This document shows, piece after piece, positions 48,999 to 58,711 of a stretch of DNA of 61,995 nucleotides; position 1 is the stretch's first letter; every line of letters begins with the position of its first letter. Source of the DNA: an uncultured Desulfobulbaceae bacterium (GTDB lineage Bacteria; Desulfobacterota; Desulfobulbia; Desulfobulbales; Desulfocapsaceae); the NCBI GenBank assembly GCA_937132035.1, contig CAKZOA010000022.1, forward strand, positions 1-61,995, written 5' to 3'. The notes under the pieces were generated by a model that searched no databases, was not told the DNA's origin, and was given only the letters and a program-made list of their open reading frames with translations. A program made the translations under genes and the position numbers.

Positions 48999-50296
48999 TG
49001 GCCTGCGTTCTCATCGTCGATGACGCCGAAGATCTGACCTATTCCCTGGGAAACATCGTCAGGGGCGAGGGCTATACCTCCCTGAGCGCAGCAACCGGCG
49101 CAGAGGCTTTGGAGATCCTGGCAACCAACATCGTCGAGGTCATATTCCTTGATATCGGCCTGCCGGACATCAACGGCATAGATCTTATTGGCTCCATACA
49201 GGACAAGGCCGCCGGGTGTGATATCATCATGCTCACCGGTAAGAACGACGCCAAAACCGCTGTGGATTCGCTCAAGGCCGGCGCCATCGACTATATCGTC
49301 AAACCTTTCGACCTTATTGAATTCACCACCGCTCTTCACCGGGTCATGCAGTCGAGACTGATGAACAAACGGGTCATGCTCTCCAGCCAACAGGAGGGGG
49401 AGCAGGAGATGATCGGCAGATGCACGGCCATGCGCCCGGTGCAGGAAGCCATCACCACCGCTGCCGACGTTGGCGCACCGGTGTTGATTGCAGGCGAAAC
49501 CGGAACCGGCAAGGAACTGGCCGCCCGAGCCATCCACAACAGCAGAAAGGGAGGCAGTGGTGTCTTCGTCAAGGTCGACTGCGGGACTCTCTCGGCAAAC
49601 CTGATCGAATCAGAGCTGTTCGGCCACGAGCGAGGCGCCTTCACCGATGCCGCCAGCGCCAAAAAAGGTTTGGTCGAAATTGCCGACGGCGGGTCGCTTT
49701 TCCTCGATGAAATCGGTAACCTGCCCATCTCCCTGCAGCCCAAACTTCTGCGGCTCATCGCCGAGTCCACCTTCCGCAGAGTCGGCGGTACCCAGGACAT
49801 CCAGGTACGCGTACGCATCATCGCCGCCACCAATATCAACCTCACCCAACAGATAACAACGGGGCGTTTTCGCCAGGACCTCTACTACCGGCTCAACGTC
49901 ATCCCCATTCTTCTGCCGCCCCTGCGCCAGCGTGAAGACGACATTCTGCTTCTAGCGGAATATTACCTGCACTATTTCAACAAAGAGTTGAAAAAGAACA
50001 TTAAAGGATTCACCGATGCAGCCGCTGCTGTGCTAATGACCCATCACTGGCCGGGCAATGTCCGGGAACTGCGCAACCTCATAGAGCGGGAGATGATCTT
50101 CTGCAAAAGCGACTGGATCTCCCTTGCCCATAATACGCACGAGGCCGCCGAAGACAGTCGCCTGATGAGCCTGAGGGAACTCGAGCGTCAGCATATCGCC
50201 AAAGTCCTCAAGGCCACCGGCAACAATAAATCCAGAGCCGCCGATATCCTCGGGATTACCCGCACGACCCTTCGCTCCAAACTCGAAAACGGTTAA
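48998..50296 (+). CDS. sigma54-dependent response regulator (NtrC family)
   Basis: REC, GETGTGKE, ESELFGHERGAFTDA, FLDEIG, WPGNVREL, Fis HTH. TAATG coupling to the kinase. Confidence 0.93.
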   Translation: MACVLIVDDAEDLTYSLGNIVRGEGYTSLSAATGAEALEILATNIVEVIFLDIGLPDINGIDLIGSIQDKAAGCDIIMLTGKNDAKTAVDSLKAGAIDYIVKPFDLIEFTTALHRVMQSRLMNKRVMLSSQQEGEQEMIGRCTAMRPVQEAITTAADVGAPVLIAGETGTGKELAARAIHNSRKGGSGVFVKVDCGTLSANLIESELFGHERGAFTDAASAKKGLVEIADGGSLFLDEIGNLPISLQPKLLRLIAESTFRRVGGTQDIQVRVRIIAATNINLTQQITTGRFRQDLYYRLNVIPILLPPLRQREDDILLLAEYYLHYFNKELKKNIKGFTDAAAAVLMTHHWPGNVRELRNLIEREMIFCKSDWISLAHNTHEAAEDSRLMSLRELERQHIAKVLKATGNNKSRAADILGITRTTLRSKLENG

Positions 50297-50326
50297 TTTC
50301 TAACCACCTGATCAATTACTAACCAC
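50291..50326 (+). promoter_or_regulatory. Tandem upstream activator sites
   Basis: Palindrome GGTTA-ATTTC-TAACC and degenerate copy GATCA-ATTAC-TAACC, 19 bp apart, about 75-110 bp upstream of a -24/-12 promoter. Confidence 0.55.
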
Positions 50327-50400
50327 TGCGCGGCAATTTTTTCAACGGAAAGATTGTCCATCTATATGATTCTGCAACACATTATTTTTCCCCTCATGCA

Positions 50401-50416
50401 TGGCCCTCCTCTTGCA
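50401..50416 (+). promoter_or_regulatory. sigma54 -24/-12 promoter
   Basis: TGGCCCTCCTCTTGCA: exact GG-N10-GC spacing with TGGC and TTGCA. Confidence 0.7.
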
Positions 50417-50524
50417 AGAGAATTCCCCGGTTAAGCGAAATACAGCACATTCCCCGGTAATTGATCATTTTCTTGCCGCAATTACAGACGGAACTCCCCA
50501 TGACAGCGAAAAGGAGACTCCACG

Positions 50525-51748
50525 GTGACTATGAAAAAAGTTCTGATTGTTGACGATGAAGAAGACATGCTGTGGATGCTTCAGAGGAATATGGACAACG
50601 GCATCCCCAACATCGAGACCTTCACTGCGCAATCAGGTATTGAAGCTCTCGACACTCTCGAGGAAACGGAGATCAGCCTGGTCATAACCGACATCAACAT
50701 GCCCGGCATGAGCGGTCTGGAACTCCTTACCGAGATAAACAACAAGTGGAAGGAAACCAAGGTCATCATCATGACCGCCTACCCCTCCAGCGCCTTTGAA
50801 AACAAGGCCAAAAAGGAAGGTGCGGTCAGATTCGTGGAAAAACCATTCGACATCAACGATATGCGCAAAATCGTCGAAGATGTTCTGGAAACCAGCAAAG
50901 CACCGAGCAAACCAAGCAGAGGCATCGCCCTGCTTGACATCATCCAGTTCAACGGACTGGCCAAATCGACATCGGCGCTGAAGATATCCACGGGTGATCG
51001 TGAAGGAATGATTTTCTTCCGTGATGGCAAGGTCGTCCATGCCTCCCTTGGTGAGCTCAGCGGCGAGGAAGCTTTTTTCCAAATCATCGAACTGCAGAAA
51101 GCCGAGCTCCACAATCTCAACAACGTCGAACCGCCCCAGGTAAGCATGGGCAAATCGGTGGAATCATTACTGCTCGAAGCGGCTGTAAAGAAGGATGAAG
51201 AGGGTGCCCAGGATGCCTCGGGCATCAATGCATTCACTTTCTCCGAGGACAGCCCCGCCGGCGAACCGCCGGCAGAATATGACGAGAAAGCAGAAGTACC
51301 GGCAGATGAGGCGTTCCTTGCTGCGGCCGAAGAGGATACTGCTGCCCCAATACAATCAGAAGAGTCTGAAACTACAGAGGATGACGACATGACAGAAATC
51401 CAGAAGATCCTAGCGGAATTTACCAACATCGACGGTGTCCACACAGCCTGCCTGGTCGGCCGAGACGGTTTTCTCCTCGACAGCCTGGCACGAACCGGCA
51501 TCGACGCAGAGATGATCGGCGCCATCGCCTCATCCGGTTTCGGCTCTGCCGAGACCATGGGGACACAGCTGGGTCAGGGGGAACTCAACATGACGATGCT
51601 TGAGTATACCGAGGGACCAGTTCTCTTCGCCCCGGTGGGAACGGAAGCTTTCCTTGTCATCGTCGCCGACAAGGACACCAATCTTGGCTGGATCAGAATT
51701 GCCATCAAAAAGAATTCCGCCAAAATCGAAAAAGTGGCGGCATTCTAA
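50525..51748 (+). CDS. REC - DUF4388-like - acidic linker - Roadblock/LC7 fusion protein
   Basis: REC (IVDDE, ITDINMPG, KPF). LLDIIQ...GMIFFRDGKVVHA...GEEAF...LLLEA (DUF4388/PATAN-like). C-terminal DGVHTACLVGRDGFLL...NLGWIR (Roadblock). Confidence 0.85.
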   Translation: MTMKKVLIVDDEEDMLWMLQRNMDNGIPNIETFTAQSGIEALDTLEETEISLVITDINMPGMSGLELLTEINNKWKETKVIIMTAYPSSAFENKAKKEGAVRFVEKPFDINDMRKIVEDVLETSKAPSKPSRGIALLDIIQFNGLAKSTSALKISTGDREGMIFFRDGKVVHASLGELSGEEAFFQIIELQKAELHNLNNVEPPQVSMGKSVESLLLEAAVKKDEEGAQDASGINAFTFSEDSPAGEPPAEYDEKAEVPADEAFLAAAEEDTAAPIQSEESETTEDDDMTEIQKILAEFTNIDGVHTACLVGRDGFLLDSLARTGIDAEMIGAIASSGFGSAETMGTQLGQGELNMTMLEYTEGPVLFAPVGTEAFLVIVADKDTNLGWIRIAIKKNSAKIEKVAAF

Positions 51749-51943
51749 ATTCCGGGGGGACATTTCCTGGAGGACGGTCCGGCGGCGATCAGAAGATGCA
51801 CGTCGTCCTCCAGCGATGGGTCAAAAAAAAGGCCTGTCGGCACAGGAAGTGGCTGCAAGCATCAGAAAACTCCGGTCCTTCTTGCCAGCACCGGTAGGAT
51901 GGACCACTGGCCTCCTCGCTGCAGGCTGTTGTCGTTTGTGTTC

Positions 51944-52333
51944 CTACAGATGCTCGAGGGCCTCGCGCAAGCCCATGAAGCGGGGCTCATACTTTTTGAT
52001 AAGCATTCTCGCCTTAGCCAGCCACTCCTTCTTGCTGGTCATCAGAAAGATGAAAAATGGCTGGTCCGGCATATGCCTGATGATAAAATGATACTGATCG
52101 GTGGTAATCAGAATGTCATCTATGAGTTCATCATCGGCCAGAAGATTTATGGCCTTACTGTTGGATTTGACAATTGAGGCCAGATAGGCGGCGGCGGCAG
52201 CTGTTTCGATACCGTCTCTGCGTGTTGCCTCGGCTATAGTCATGCCGTCGTCCACCGTGACCACCGCCACGGCAAGAATATGCGGCAACTCCTGCGCCAT
52301 TTCCTCAACAAGGTTTTGAATTTTTTTAATCAT
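51944..52333 (-). CDS. Roadblock/LC7-like protein
   Basis: LAVAVVTVDDGMTIA, AAAY, DDILITT, HFIIR, LAKAR. Confidence 0.75.
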   Translation of the reverse strand: MIKKIQNLVEEMAQELPHILAVAVVTVDDGMTIAEATRRDGIETAAAAAYLASIVKSNSKAINLLADDELIDDILITTDQYHFIIRHMPDQPFFIFLMTSKKEWLAKARMLIKKYEPRFMGLREALEHL

Positions 52334-53030
52334 GGATTACCCGATACTCTGCGAAAAAATAGGTGATGCAACGTTGGTCTCTAACGGATTTTACCATCAG
52401 CACCAGATGATGTTAACAAAATTATAACATTATTCATCTTTTATTTTTTTCAGCGGTACCTCTGTCTCCCGCGCAAACCCGGCCACCCCTATACCTGCCA
52501 GACCCATACCTCGAGCATTTCATATATAACGAACGACGCATCATCTCTTTTGAATGGTACCAAGACCTCAAGAGCCATTCTGTTTGTTAGATGGCGTATG
52601 TAACAGTTTGCATACAAAGAGAAGAAGGAGTGTGTGAGTATTTTACCCTTCGGGAGAGTTGAGATGGGCGAAGGCAGAGATACTTACCGAAGCGGTGGAG
52701 CACGACGGGATGGCGGTTATCTAAAAAACAAGGTCGCGCCCGAGTACGTTGAAGAGCGACAACCCCCGGAGGCTCTGTCGAGCAGAGTGTGAGAGCATCA
52801 CCTTGGAGGAGAGCGATGTGGAGCTGTCCAAACGTTACGGGCACAACCTTATACCGCCGAAGAACATACTGCCAGATCCGACGGTGTCGGCAGCGGGCAC
52901 GGGATTCCCACCGCGGCACAGTTAAGAAATGCAATTTTCGAACCCAACCGAAAAAAAATAAACAATAGTGAGTGATTCCAAAATCATCGCTCAAAAATTC
53001 ACACAACATTTCTCCTCATCCGCCGCTCCA

Positions 53031-53048
53031 TTTCGCACAATTGCGAAA
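53031..53048. promoter_or_regulatory. 7-4-7 palindrome, putative bEBP binding site (degenerate copy at 53156-53173)
   Basis: TTTCGCA-CAAT-TGCGAAA; second copy TTTCGCA-AATG-TGCAAAT. Confidence 0.5.
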
Positions 53049-53540
53049 AAAAAGACACGTCCGCTCGTGACATACACTCCGTTCGACCGCGGTTACTCAT
53101 TATTATTTTGTACAACATCAAAAATATACATACATTCTCGCGTCCCTGCGGGTGTTTTCGCAAATGTGCAAATTCACCCGCGCGCAACACCGCCGTCATA
53201 ATTACTCACTCGAAACAATCGGGATACGGTGGTTTGCTCGCCAGGAAGACCGATGATGGACATCAGCGGAGCATGTCAATCACGGAAGCGGCGAAGGATG
53301 GCCGGCCATATCGGCTCACCCGAAGGGTGAAAATGGAAACGATCATTCTGTTCTTCCATACAAACGGCTACATATACCTTCACCTCAACAACGACACCAA
53401 CTTCGTGATCCCAGATACAACCAAAACGCCAGCCGTTTTATCTGAAAATGTTCGGAGGAGGTCAATTTGAACGAAAAAGAGGGCCGAAGAATAGCCAGGC
53501 TGCATGACGAATTATCTGACGCACTTCTGGAGTTGTCCTT

Positions 53541-54905
53541 TCAGCGAAGATCGTATTTTTTAATTTTACGGTAGAAAGTGGCGATATTGATATCGGCGCG
53601 TTCGGCCGCCCGCTCGACATTGTTGCCGGCATAGCGCAACAGGTCGGCAAAGTACTGGCGCTCGAAGGCGCCTTGGGCTTCGCCAAACGTTTCGGGCTCG
53701 CCGGTTTTTCCTTCAACGCCCTGCCGTTGGTCCAGGTCCATGAGTCTTTCCAACCCTTCGAGGGCGATCAGGCTGCCACTTTCAATGGCCAGCGCCGCCT
53801 CTATTATATTCTTCAGTTCCCGGACGTTACCGGGCCAGTCATAACCTATGAGGACCTCATAGGCCTCCGGCGTAAAGCCCTTGACGCTTGTGTCGAAACG
53901 ATGGTTCATCTCATCGAGAAAATGGGAGGCTAGTAGCGGAATATCCGTTCTTCTCTCCCGCAAAGGCGGTATCCTCAATCGTACCACGGCCAGACGATAG
54001 TAGAGATCGTCGCGGAAGCTGCCCCTCTCCATCTCCTTTTGCAGATCGGCGTTGGTTGCCGCCAGAATACGGACATCGACCTTGGTCGGTCGGGTTTCTC
54101 CTATCTTGTAGAATTCCTTTTCCTGCAGAAATCGCAGCAGTGCCTTCTGGACGTTGAGCGGTAGATTGCCAACCTCGTCGAGCAACAGGGTACCCTCGTC
54201 CGCCATCTGCAGAAGCCCTTTTTTCTCCTGTTCGGCACCGGTAAAGGCACCTCTGGCATGGCCGAAGAGCTCGCTTTCAAGCAAAGATTCCGGCAGGGCG
54301 CCACAGTTGATGGCGACAAAAGGCTTGCCCCTGCGGGTCGAATGCTCGTGTATGGCACGGGCTACGAGTTCCTTGCCGGTTCCCGACTCGCCGCTGATGG
54401 TTACCGGTATGTTACGGACGGCTATCTTGCGTGCCGTATCGAGAACAGTGATCAGAGCCGGGGATTTACCCACAACCTCGCCGAACCTGTCGTGCTCCGC
54501 TAGTTCCTGGCGCAGCTGCCTGTTTTCTTCCAGGAGCAGGGACTGACGCAGCCCGTTGCGGACCCGCTGAAGGAGCTCTTCGGGCTCGAAGGGTTTGGTG
54601 AGAATGTCAAAGGCCCCGAGACGCAGAGCGTGGATCGACATTTCAACCGTCGCATAGCCGGTTATCATAATCACCGGAGTCTCGCCGCTACGGTGTTTTA
54701 TTATTTTCAGCACTTCGAGCCCGTCTATCCCCGGCATCTTGACATCGGTAATCACCATACTGATTCGACCCGGATGAAAGCATTCCACCGCCTTTTCGGG
54801 ATCGGTGAAGGTGCTGACCCTGTAGCCGTTGTCCTGCAGGATTGCCTCCAGCATTCTGCAGAGCCCCTCTTCATTATCAATGACCAGAATATGCGCACCT
54901 GCCAT
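53541..54905 (-). CDS. sigma54-dependent response regulator (NtrC/ZraR family)
   Basis: REC, GESGTGKE, GAFTGA, LLDEVG, WPGNVREL, HTH. Confidence 0.94.
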   Translation of the reverse strand: MAGAHILVIDNEEGLCRMLEAILQDNGYRVSTFTDPEKAVECFHPGRISMVITDVKMPGIDGLEVLKIIKHRSGETPVIMITGYATVEMSIHALRLGAFDILTKPFEPEELLQRVRNGLRQSLLLEENRQLRQELAEHDRFGEVVGKSPALITVLDTARKIAVRNIPVTISGESGTGKELVARAIHEHSTRRGKPFVAINCGALPESLLESELFGHARGAFTGAEQEKKGLLQMADEGTLLLDEVGNLPLNVQKALLRFLQEKEFYKIGETRPTKVDVRILAATNADLQKEMERGSFRDDLYYRLAVVRLRIPPLRERRTDIPLLASHFLDEMNHRFDTSVKGFTPEAYEVLIGYDWPGNVRELKNIIEAALAIESGSLIALEGLERLMDLDQRQGVEGKTGEPETFGEAQGAFERQYFADLLRYAGNNVERAAERADINIATFYRKIKKYDLR

Positions 54906-54917
54906 GTCTGCTCCACC

Positions 54918-56861
54918 TCAGTGAGTCGGCAGACGGATGCTGACCGTCGTCCCGACGCCTACCGTGCTGTTGATTTTTATACTGCCTAAGTGAGCCTCGA
55001 CAATCTGCCTGCTGATAGCAAGGCCAAGGCCGGTGCCCTTGGCCTTGGTCGTAAAAAACGGTTCGTAAACCTCCTGGAGATTGGCCTTGGGGATCCCCTG
55101 CCCGCCGTCTTCGACCTCGATGAGCAGCCACTGCTCTTCTGCCAGGGTGCGAATGCACAGCACCCCACCATCCTTCATGGCAGCGGCACCATTGAGAATC
55201 AGGTTCATCATCACCTGCCGGAACTGATCAGCATCCACCTTCACCACGGGGAAGGCTGCCGCCAGATTGGTGTCGATCGTGATTTTTTCCAAATCGGCAT
55301 GCCCCCGGGCAAAATCGATTATCTGGTCCAGGAGATGGTGGATATCTGCCGCTTTTCGGGAGAGCTGCGGTCCCTTGGCATAATCAAGAAGATTACGGAC
55401 GATCGTGACGCAGCGTTTGGATTCCCGCCTGATCTCCTGCACAAAGTGAAAGTTGGGGTCATTTTCGTCGAGTTTGTTTTCCAGATGGCAGGCATAGCCA
55501 AGTATTACGCCCATGGGGTTGTTGATCTCATGAGCCACTCCCGAAGAGAGCACCCCTATGGAGGCCATTTTCTCCATTTTCACCAACGTATCCTCAAGCG
55601 CTTTGTGCGAATGGATTTGATCAGACATGGTGTTGAAAGCCAGGGCCAGCTTTTTCAACTCCTCCGCCTCCGGCACCGATATCTTGCCGACCAAACGGCT
55701 CTCCCCTGCTCGCCCAATTTCTTCGGTCATCTTGAAAATCGGATAGGTAAATCTTCTGGCAGCATAAAAGGTCAACAGGCCGGCGGCTCCGGAAATAAGA
55801 AAACTCAGAAAAATGACGCTGACGAGAATATGCTTTTTCGTCAGTGCCGCCGAACCAAAAAGTTCGTCTTCATAGGCCTGAACAAAAACCACCCAGTGCC
55901 AAGGCGGGAAATATTCCAGCCGGGTGAGGGTCGCCCGCGGCTCCTGCTGTGGGGCCTGCGACTGGACGGTGCTGAGCCACCCCCCTTCCTGCCGCTGCTC
56001 GCATACTTCCTGCAATTGCACACGGCTGCCGGCATCGAGCATGGTATAGATATTTTTGCCCTCGTGTCGGGGATGAATGACCAGCGCACCGCTGCAGTCG
56101 GCAGCGTAAATGAAACCTGTCTTGCCGACCTTTTTCTCCTTGAGCTTTTTCTTGAGTTCAGCAAAAGCCCTGTTTTCAAAGGGTCGCTCATCATAGATTT
56201 CATCGACATAACTGCCGGCCGATATTATCCACCCCCATTGACGAAAATAACGATAGGCCACCACCTTCTCCCTCTGCCGCTGCTCCCCCAGAAGAGCGTT
56301 TCGCCACGAGTACCTGGTGTACATTACCTGCCCGGGGGACGCCTCAACGGCGCTGTCGCACATTTCTTTGATGAAATAGCGCCCTTTCTCATCACGGGAA
56401 TGATAAATATTTTTGCCTTCGGAGACGGGATGGACCAGCAGCGTGCCGCCGCTGTCCATAACGGTTATATAGCCGCCCTCACCCACACTGACATATTTCA
56501 AACCATTCTTGGCGGCAAGCTTAACGCTGTCCAGCGGCAGCTTCTCATGCATGAATTGCTCATAGTGGGTTTCCACCAGGGTATAGGCCAGATCGACAAT
56601 GTCCCGCAGCTTCTGCTGCACTGCATCTTCCTGCTCCTGCTGATACACTTCGTACTGGCGATAATGGACGTCAAGCAGGTCCAGGGAAAAAGCTCCCATG
56701 TGGCGAAGATCGTCGCGGCTGGCACGGGTCAATCCTTCGTAGGCCAACTCCATGGAGGTATTGGAGATAAAAAAGGCAACCAGTATCAAGGGAACAAGCA
56801 CCAAAGGCATGACCATGACCAGCAATTTCCAGCGCAACTGCAGATGGCGTAACCAGTGCAT
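54918..56861 (-). CDS. Membrane sensor histidine kinase with Cache domains and HAMP
   Basis: TM, Cache motifs (GYITVMD...LLVHP; GFIYAAD...VIHP), TM, HAMP, VAHEINNP, FFTTK. Confidence 0.92.
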   Translation of the reverse strand: MHWLRHLQLRWKLLVMVMPLVLVPLILVAFFISNTSMELAYEGLTRASRDDLRHMGAFSLDLLDVHYRQYEVYQQEQEDAVQQKLRDIVDLAYTLVETHYEQFMHEKLPLDSVKLAAKNGLKYVSVGEGGYITVMDSGGTLLVHPVSEGKNIYHSRDEKGRYFIKEMCDSAVEASPGQVMYTRYSWRNALLGEQRQREKVVAYRYFRQWGWIISAGSYVDEIYDERPFENRAFAELKKKLKEKKVGKTGFIYAADCSGALVIHPRHEGKNIYTMLDAGSRVQLQEVCEQRQEGGWLSTVQSQAPQQEPRATLTRLEYFPPWHWVVFVQAYEDELFGSAALTKKHILVSVIFLSFLISGAAGLLTFYAARRFTYPIFKMTEEIGRAGESRLVGKISVPEAEELKKLALAFNTMSDQIHSHKALEDTLVKMEKMASIGVLSSGVAHEINNPMGVILGYACHLENKLDENDPNFHFVQEIRRESKRCVTIVRNLLDYAKGPQLSRKAADIHHLLDQIIDFARGHADLEKITIDTNLAAAFPVVKVDADQFRQVMMNLILNGAAAMKDGGVLCIRTLAEEQWLLIEVEDGGQGIPKANLQEVYEPFFTTKAKGTGLGLAISRQIVEAHLGSIKINSTVGVGTTVSIRLPTH

Positions 56862-57143
56862 CCTTTCTCTCCCCCGAGTGGTTCACAACGCTGTTTGGGA
56901 TAGGAGCCGGCCATGCCGGCCCTTGCCCCCTCACGATACCAGAATATCCACCTATACTCAACAGCCGCCGCACCGACTGGTACTCATGACTGAGGTGAGA
57001 TGTCCGGCGAAATCGTCTCTGCTGAGCAGCCACGCCCTGCACCGGTGTCGATGCCTTGAAAATAATACCTGCAAACAGTTGACAGCACAAAATTACGGGA
57101 GTATATGACACATCGGATTTGTCTTACATATACGGAGCCTTAT

Positions 57144-58031
57144 ATGCAGATAGCCACATACCTCAGCCTGGTTTTGACCATGCTGTTCTGGGGGGGGACA
57201 TTCATCGCCGGCAGGGCGCTTGCCGGAGAAGTCAACCCCTCCAACGCGGCGTTCATCCGCTTCGCCGTGGCAACCGTCGCCCTGTTTTTTCTCACCCTCT
57301 CGGCGGAGGGGAGAATTTCGCTGCCGCCGCGGAAAAAGTGGCTACCGCTGCTGCTGCTCGGGTGCACCGGCGTCTTCAGCTACAACGTTTTGTTCTTCAC
57401 CGGTCTGCAGTATATCACCGCCGGCAGGGCGGCACTCATCATCGCCCTCAACCCCTTGGCCATATCGCTGTTTGCCTTCCTTTTCCTCAAGGAGCCGGTA
57501 AATCTCAAACAGGCTTTCGGTATTCTCCTCTCACTCACCGGGGCGGTTTTCGTCATCAGCAACGGCCACCCCGCCGAAATCTTTACCGGCAGCTTCGGCA
57601 AAGGCGAGCTCGCTCTTCTCGGCTGTGTCGTCAGCTGGGTGGCCTACTCCCTCATCGGCCGCACGGTCCTCACTGCGCTCTCACCCTTCGCCGCCGTTTT
57701 CTACTCATCGCTTATAGGAACTTTACTGCTGCTGCTGCCCGCCCTCGATAACGGGCTCATAAGCAATATCGGCCACATCTCGCCTCTCAACTGGCTGGGC
57801 CTCAGCTACCTGGGAATCTGCGGAACTGCGCTGGGTTTTTCCCTCTACTACAGGGCTATCAAGTCCATAGGCGCTACCCGTTCGGGAGTGTTCATCAATC
57901 TGGTGCCGCTCTTTTCCATCATTCTTTCCTGGCTGCTGCTGGGAGAGGCCATCAAAGGTATTGTCGTCATTGGCGGCCTGACCTTGCTTACAGGGGTAAC
58001 CATTACCAACTACTCTCGTTCCAAGGTCTAA
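57144..58031 (+). CDS. DMT/EamA family transporter
   Basis: About 10 TM segments, [15 protein letters not shown]. Confidence 0.9.
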   Translation: MQIATYLSLVLTMLFWGGTFIAGRALAGEVNPSNAAFIRFAVATVALFFLTLSAEGRISLPPRKKWLPLLLLGCTGVFSYNVLFFTGLQYITAGRAALIIALNPLAISLFAFLFLKEPVNLKQAFGILLSLTGAVFVISNGHPAEIFTGSFGKGELALLGCVVSWVAYSLIGRTVLTALSPFAAVFYSSLIGTLLLLLPALDNGLISNIGHISPLNWLGLSYLGICGTALGFSLYYRAIKSIGATRSGVFINLVPLFSIILSWLLLGEAIKGIVVIGGLTLLTGVTITNYSRSKV

Positions 58032-58046
58032 TCTGATTCCCCAGGC

Positions 58047-58111
58047 GTTTCAGCCACTCTCATACTGGTGTCCCGGCGGTGCTCCAGTGCATGAACGGGA
58101 AGCTGAGTTTC
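58047..58111. repeat. Dispersed hairpin repeat, copy 2
   Basis: Arms near-identical to 34660-34729, with a different central loop. Confidence 0.7.
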
Positions 58112-58233
58112 TCAGGAAGGGCCGGGACAGGTCTTTACAGCTACTTACCAAAGCTACCCCTGCTGCCCCCAACTCTATACTCAGCAGACAGAGGAGGCAG
58201 CAAGGTCAGCCAGACAGCAAGAGGAGAAACGTC

Positions 58234-58683
58234 ATGCGATGCGTCATACAGCGAGTCAGTGAAGCCTCGGTCAGCGTTAACAAAACAACGGTGGGCCGGA
58301 TAGGAAAAGGAGTGGTGGTTCTGCTTGGCATCCAGGCCTCGGACACCGACGGGGATATTTCCTGGATGGCTGAAAAGATCGCCAATCTTCGCATTTTCGA
58401 GGACACTCAGGGGAAAATGAACCTTTCCCTTTTTGATATTGGCGGCGAGATGCTTATCATATCACAATTCACCCTTTATGGCGACTGCCGCAAAGGACGG
58501 AGGCCTGGCTATTCAGCAGCGGCGCCTCCCGATATCGCCCTACCGCTGTATAAAAAATTTATCGCAACTGTGGCGGAGATGAGTATCCGCTCGGCCACAG
58601 GCACTTTCGGAGCCATGATGGAAGTCACTCTGACTAACAGTGGGCCCGTGACACTGCTCCTCGACTCGGAGAAAACGTTTTAA
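58234..58683 (+). CDS. dtd: D-aminoacyl-tRNA deacylase
   Basis: [33 protein letters not shown]. Confidence 0.95.
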   Translation: MRCVIQRVSEASVSVNKTTVGRIGKGVVVLLGIQASDTDGDISWMAEKIANLRIFEDTQGKMNLSLFDIGGEMLIISQFTLYGDCRKGRRPGYSAAAPPDIALPLYKKFIATVAEMSIRSATGTFGAMMEVTLTNSGPVTLLLDSEKTF

Positions 58684-58711
58684 ATCTCTCATCAACAACC
58701 ACAGGCATGCT

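Noticed and set aside
52587-53009. 140-aa minus-strand ORF, and the 120-aa ORF at 53108-53470
   Set aside because: Atypical composition, no RBS and no recognisable domain. Both overlap putative regulatory sites.
54990-56852. 620-aa plus-strand ORF, and similar long antisense ORFs at 2881-4248, 4525-5925, 11556-12950, 40694-41869 and 60110-61552
   Set aside because: Each lies antisense to a well-supported gene and shows no recognisable motifs. This is the expected shadow of GC-biased codon usage.
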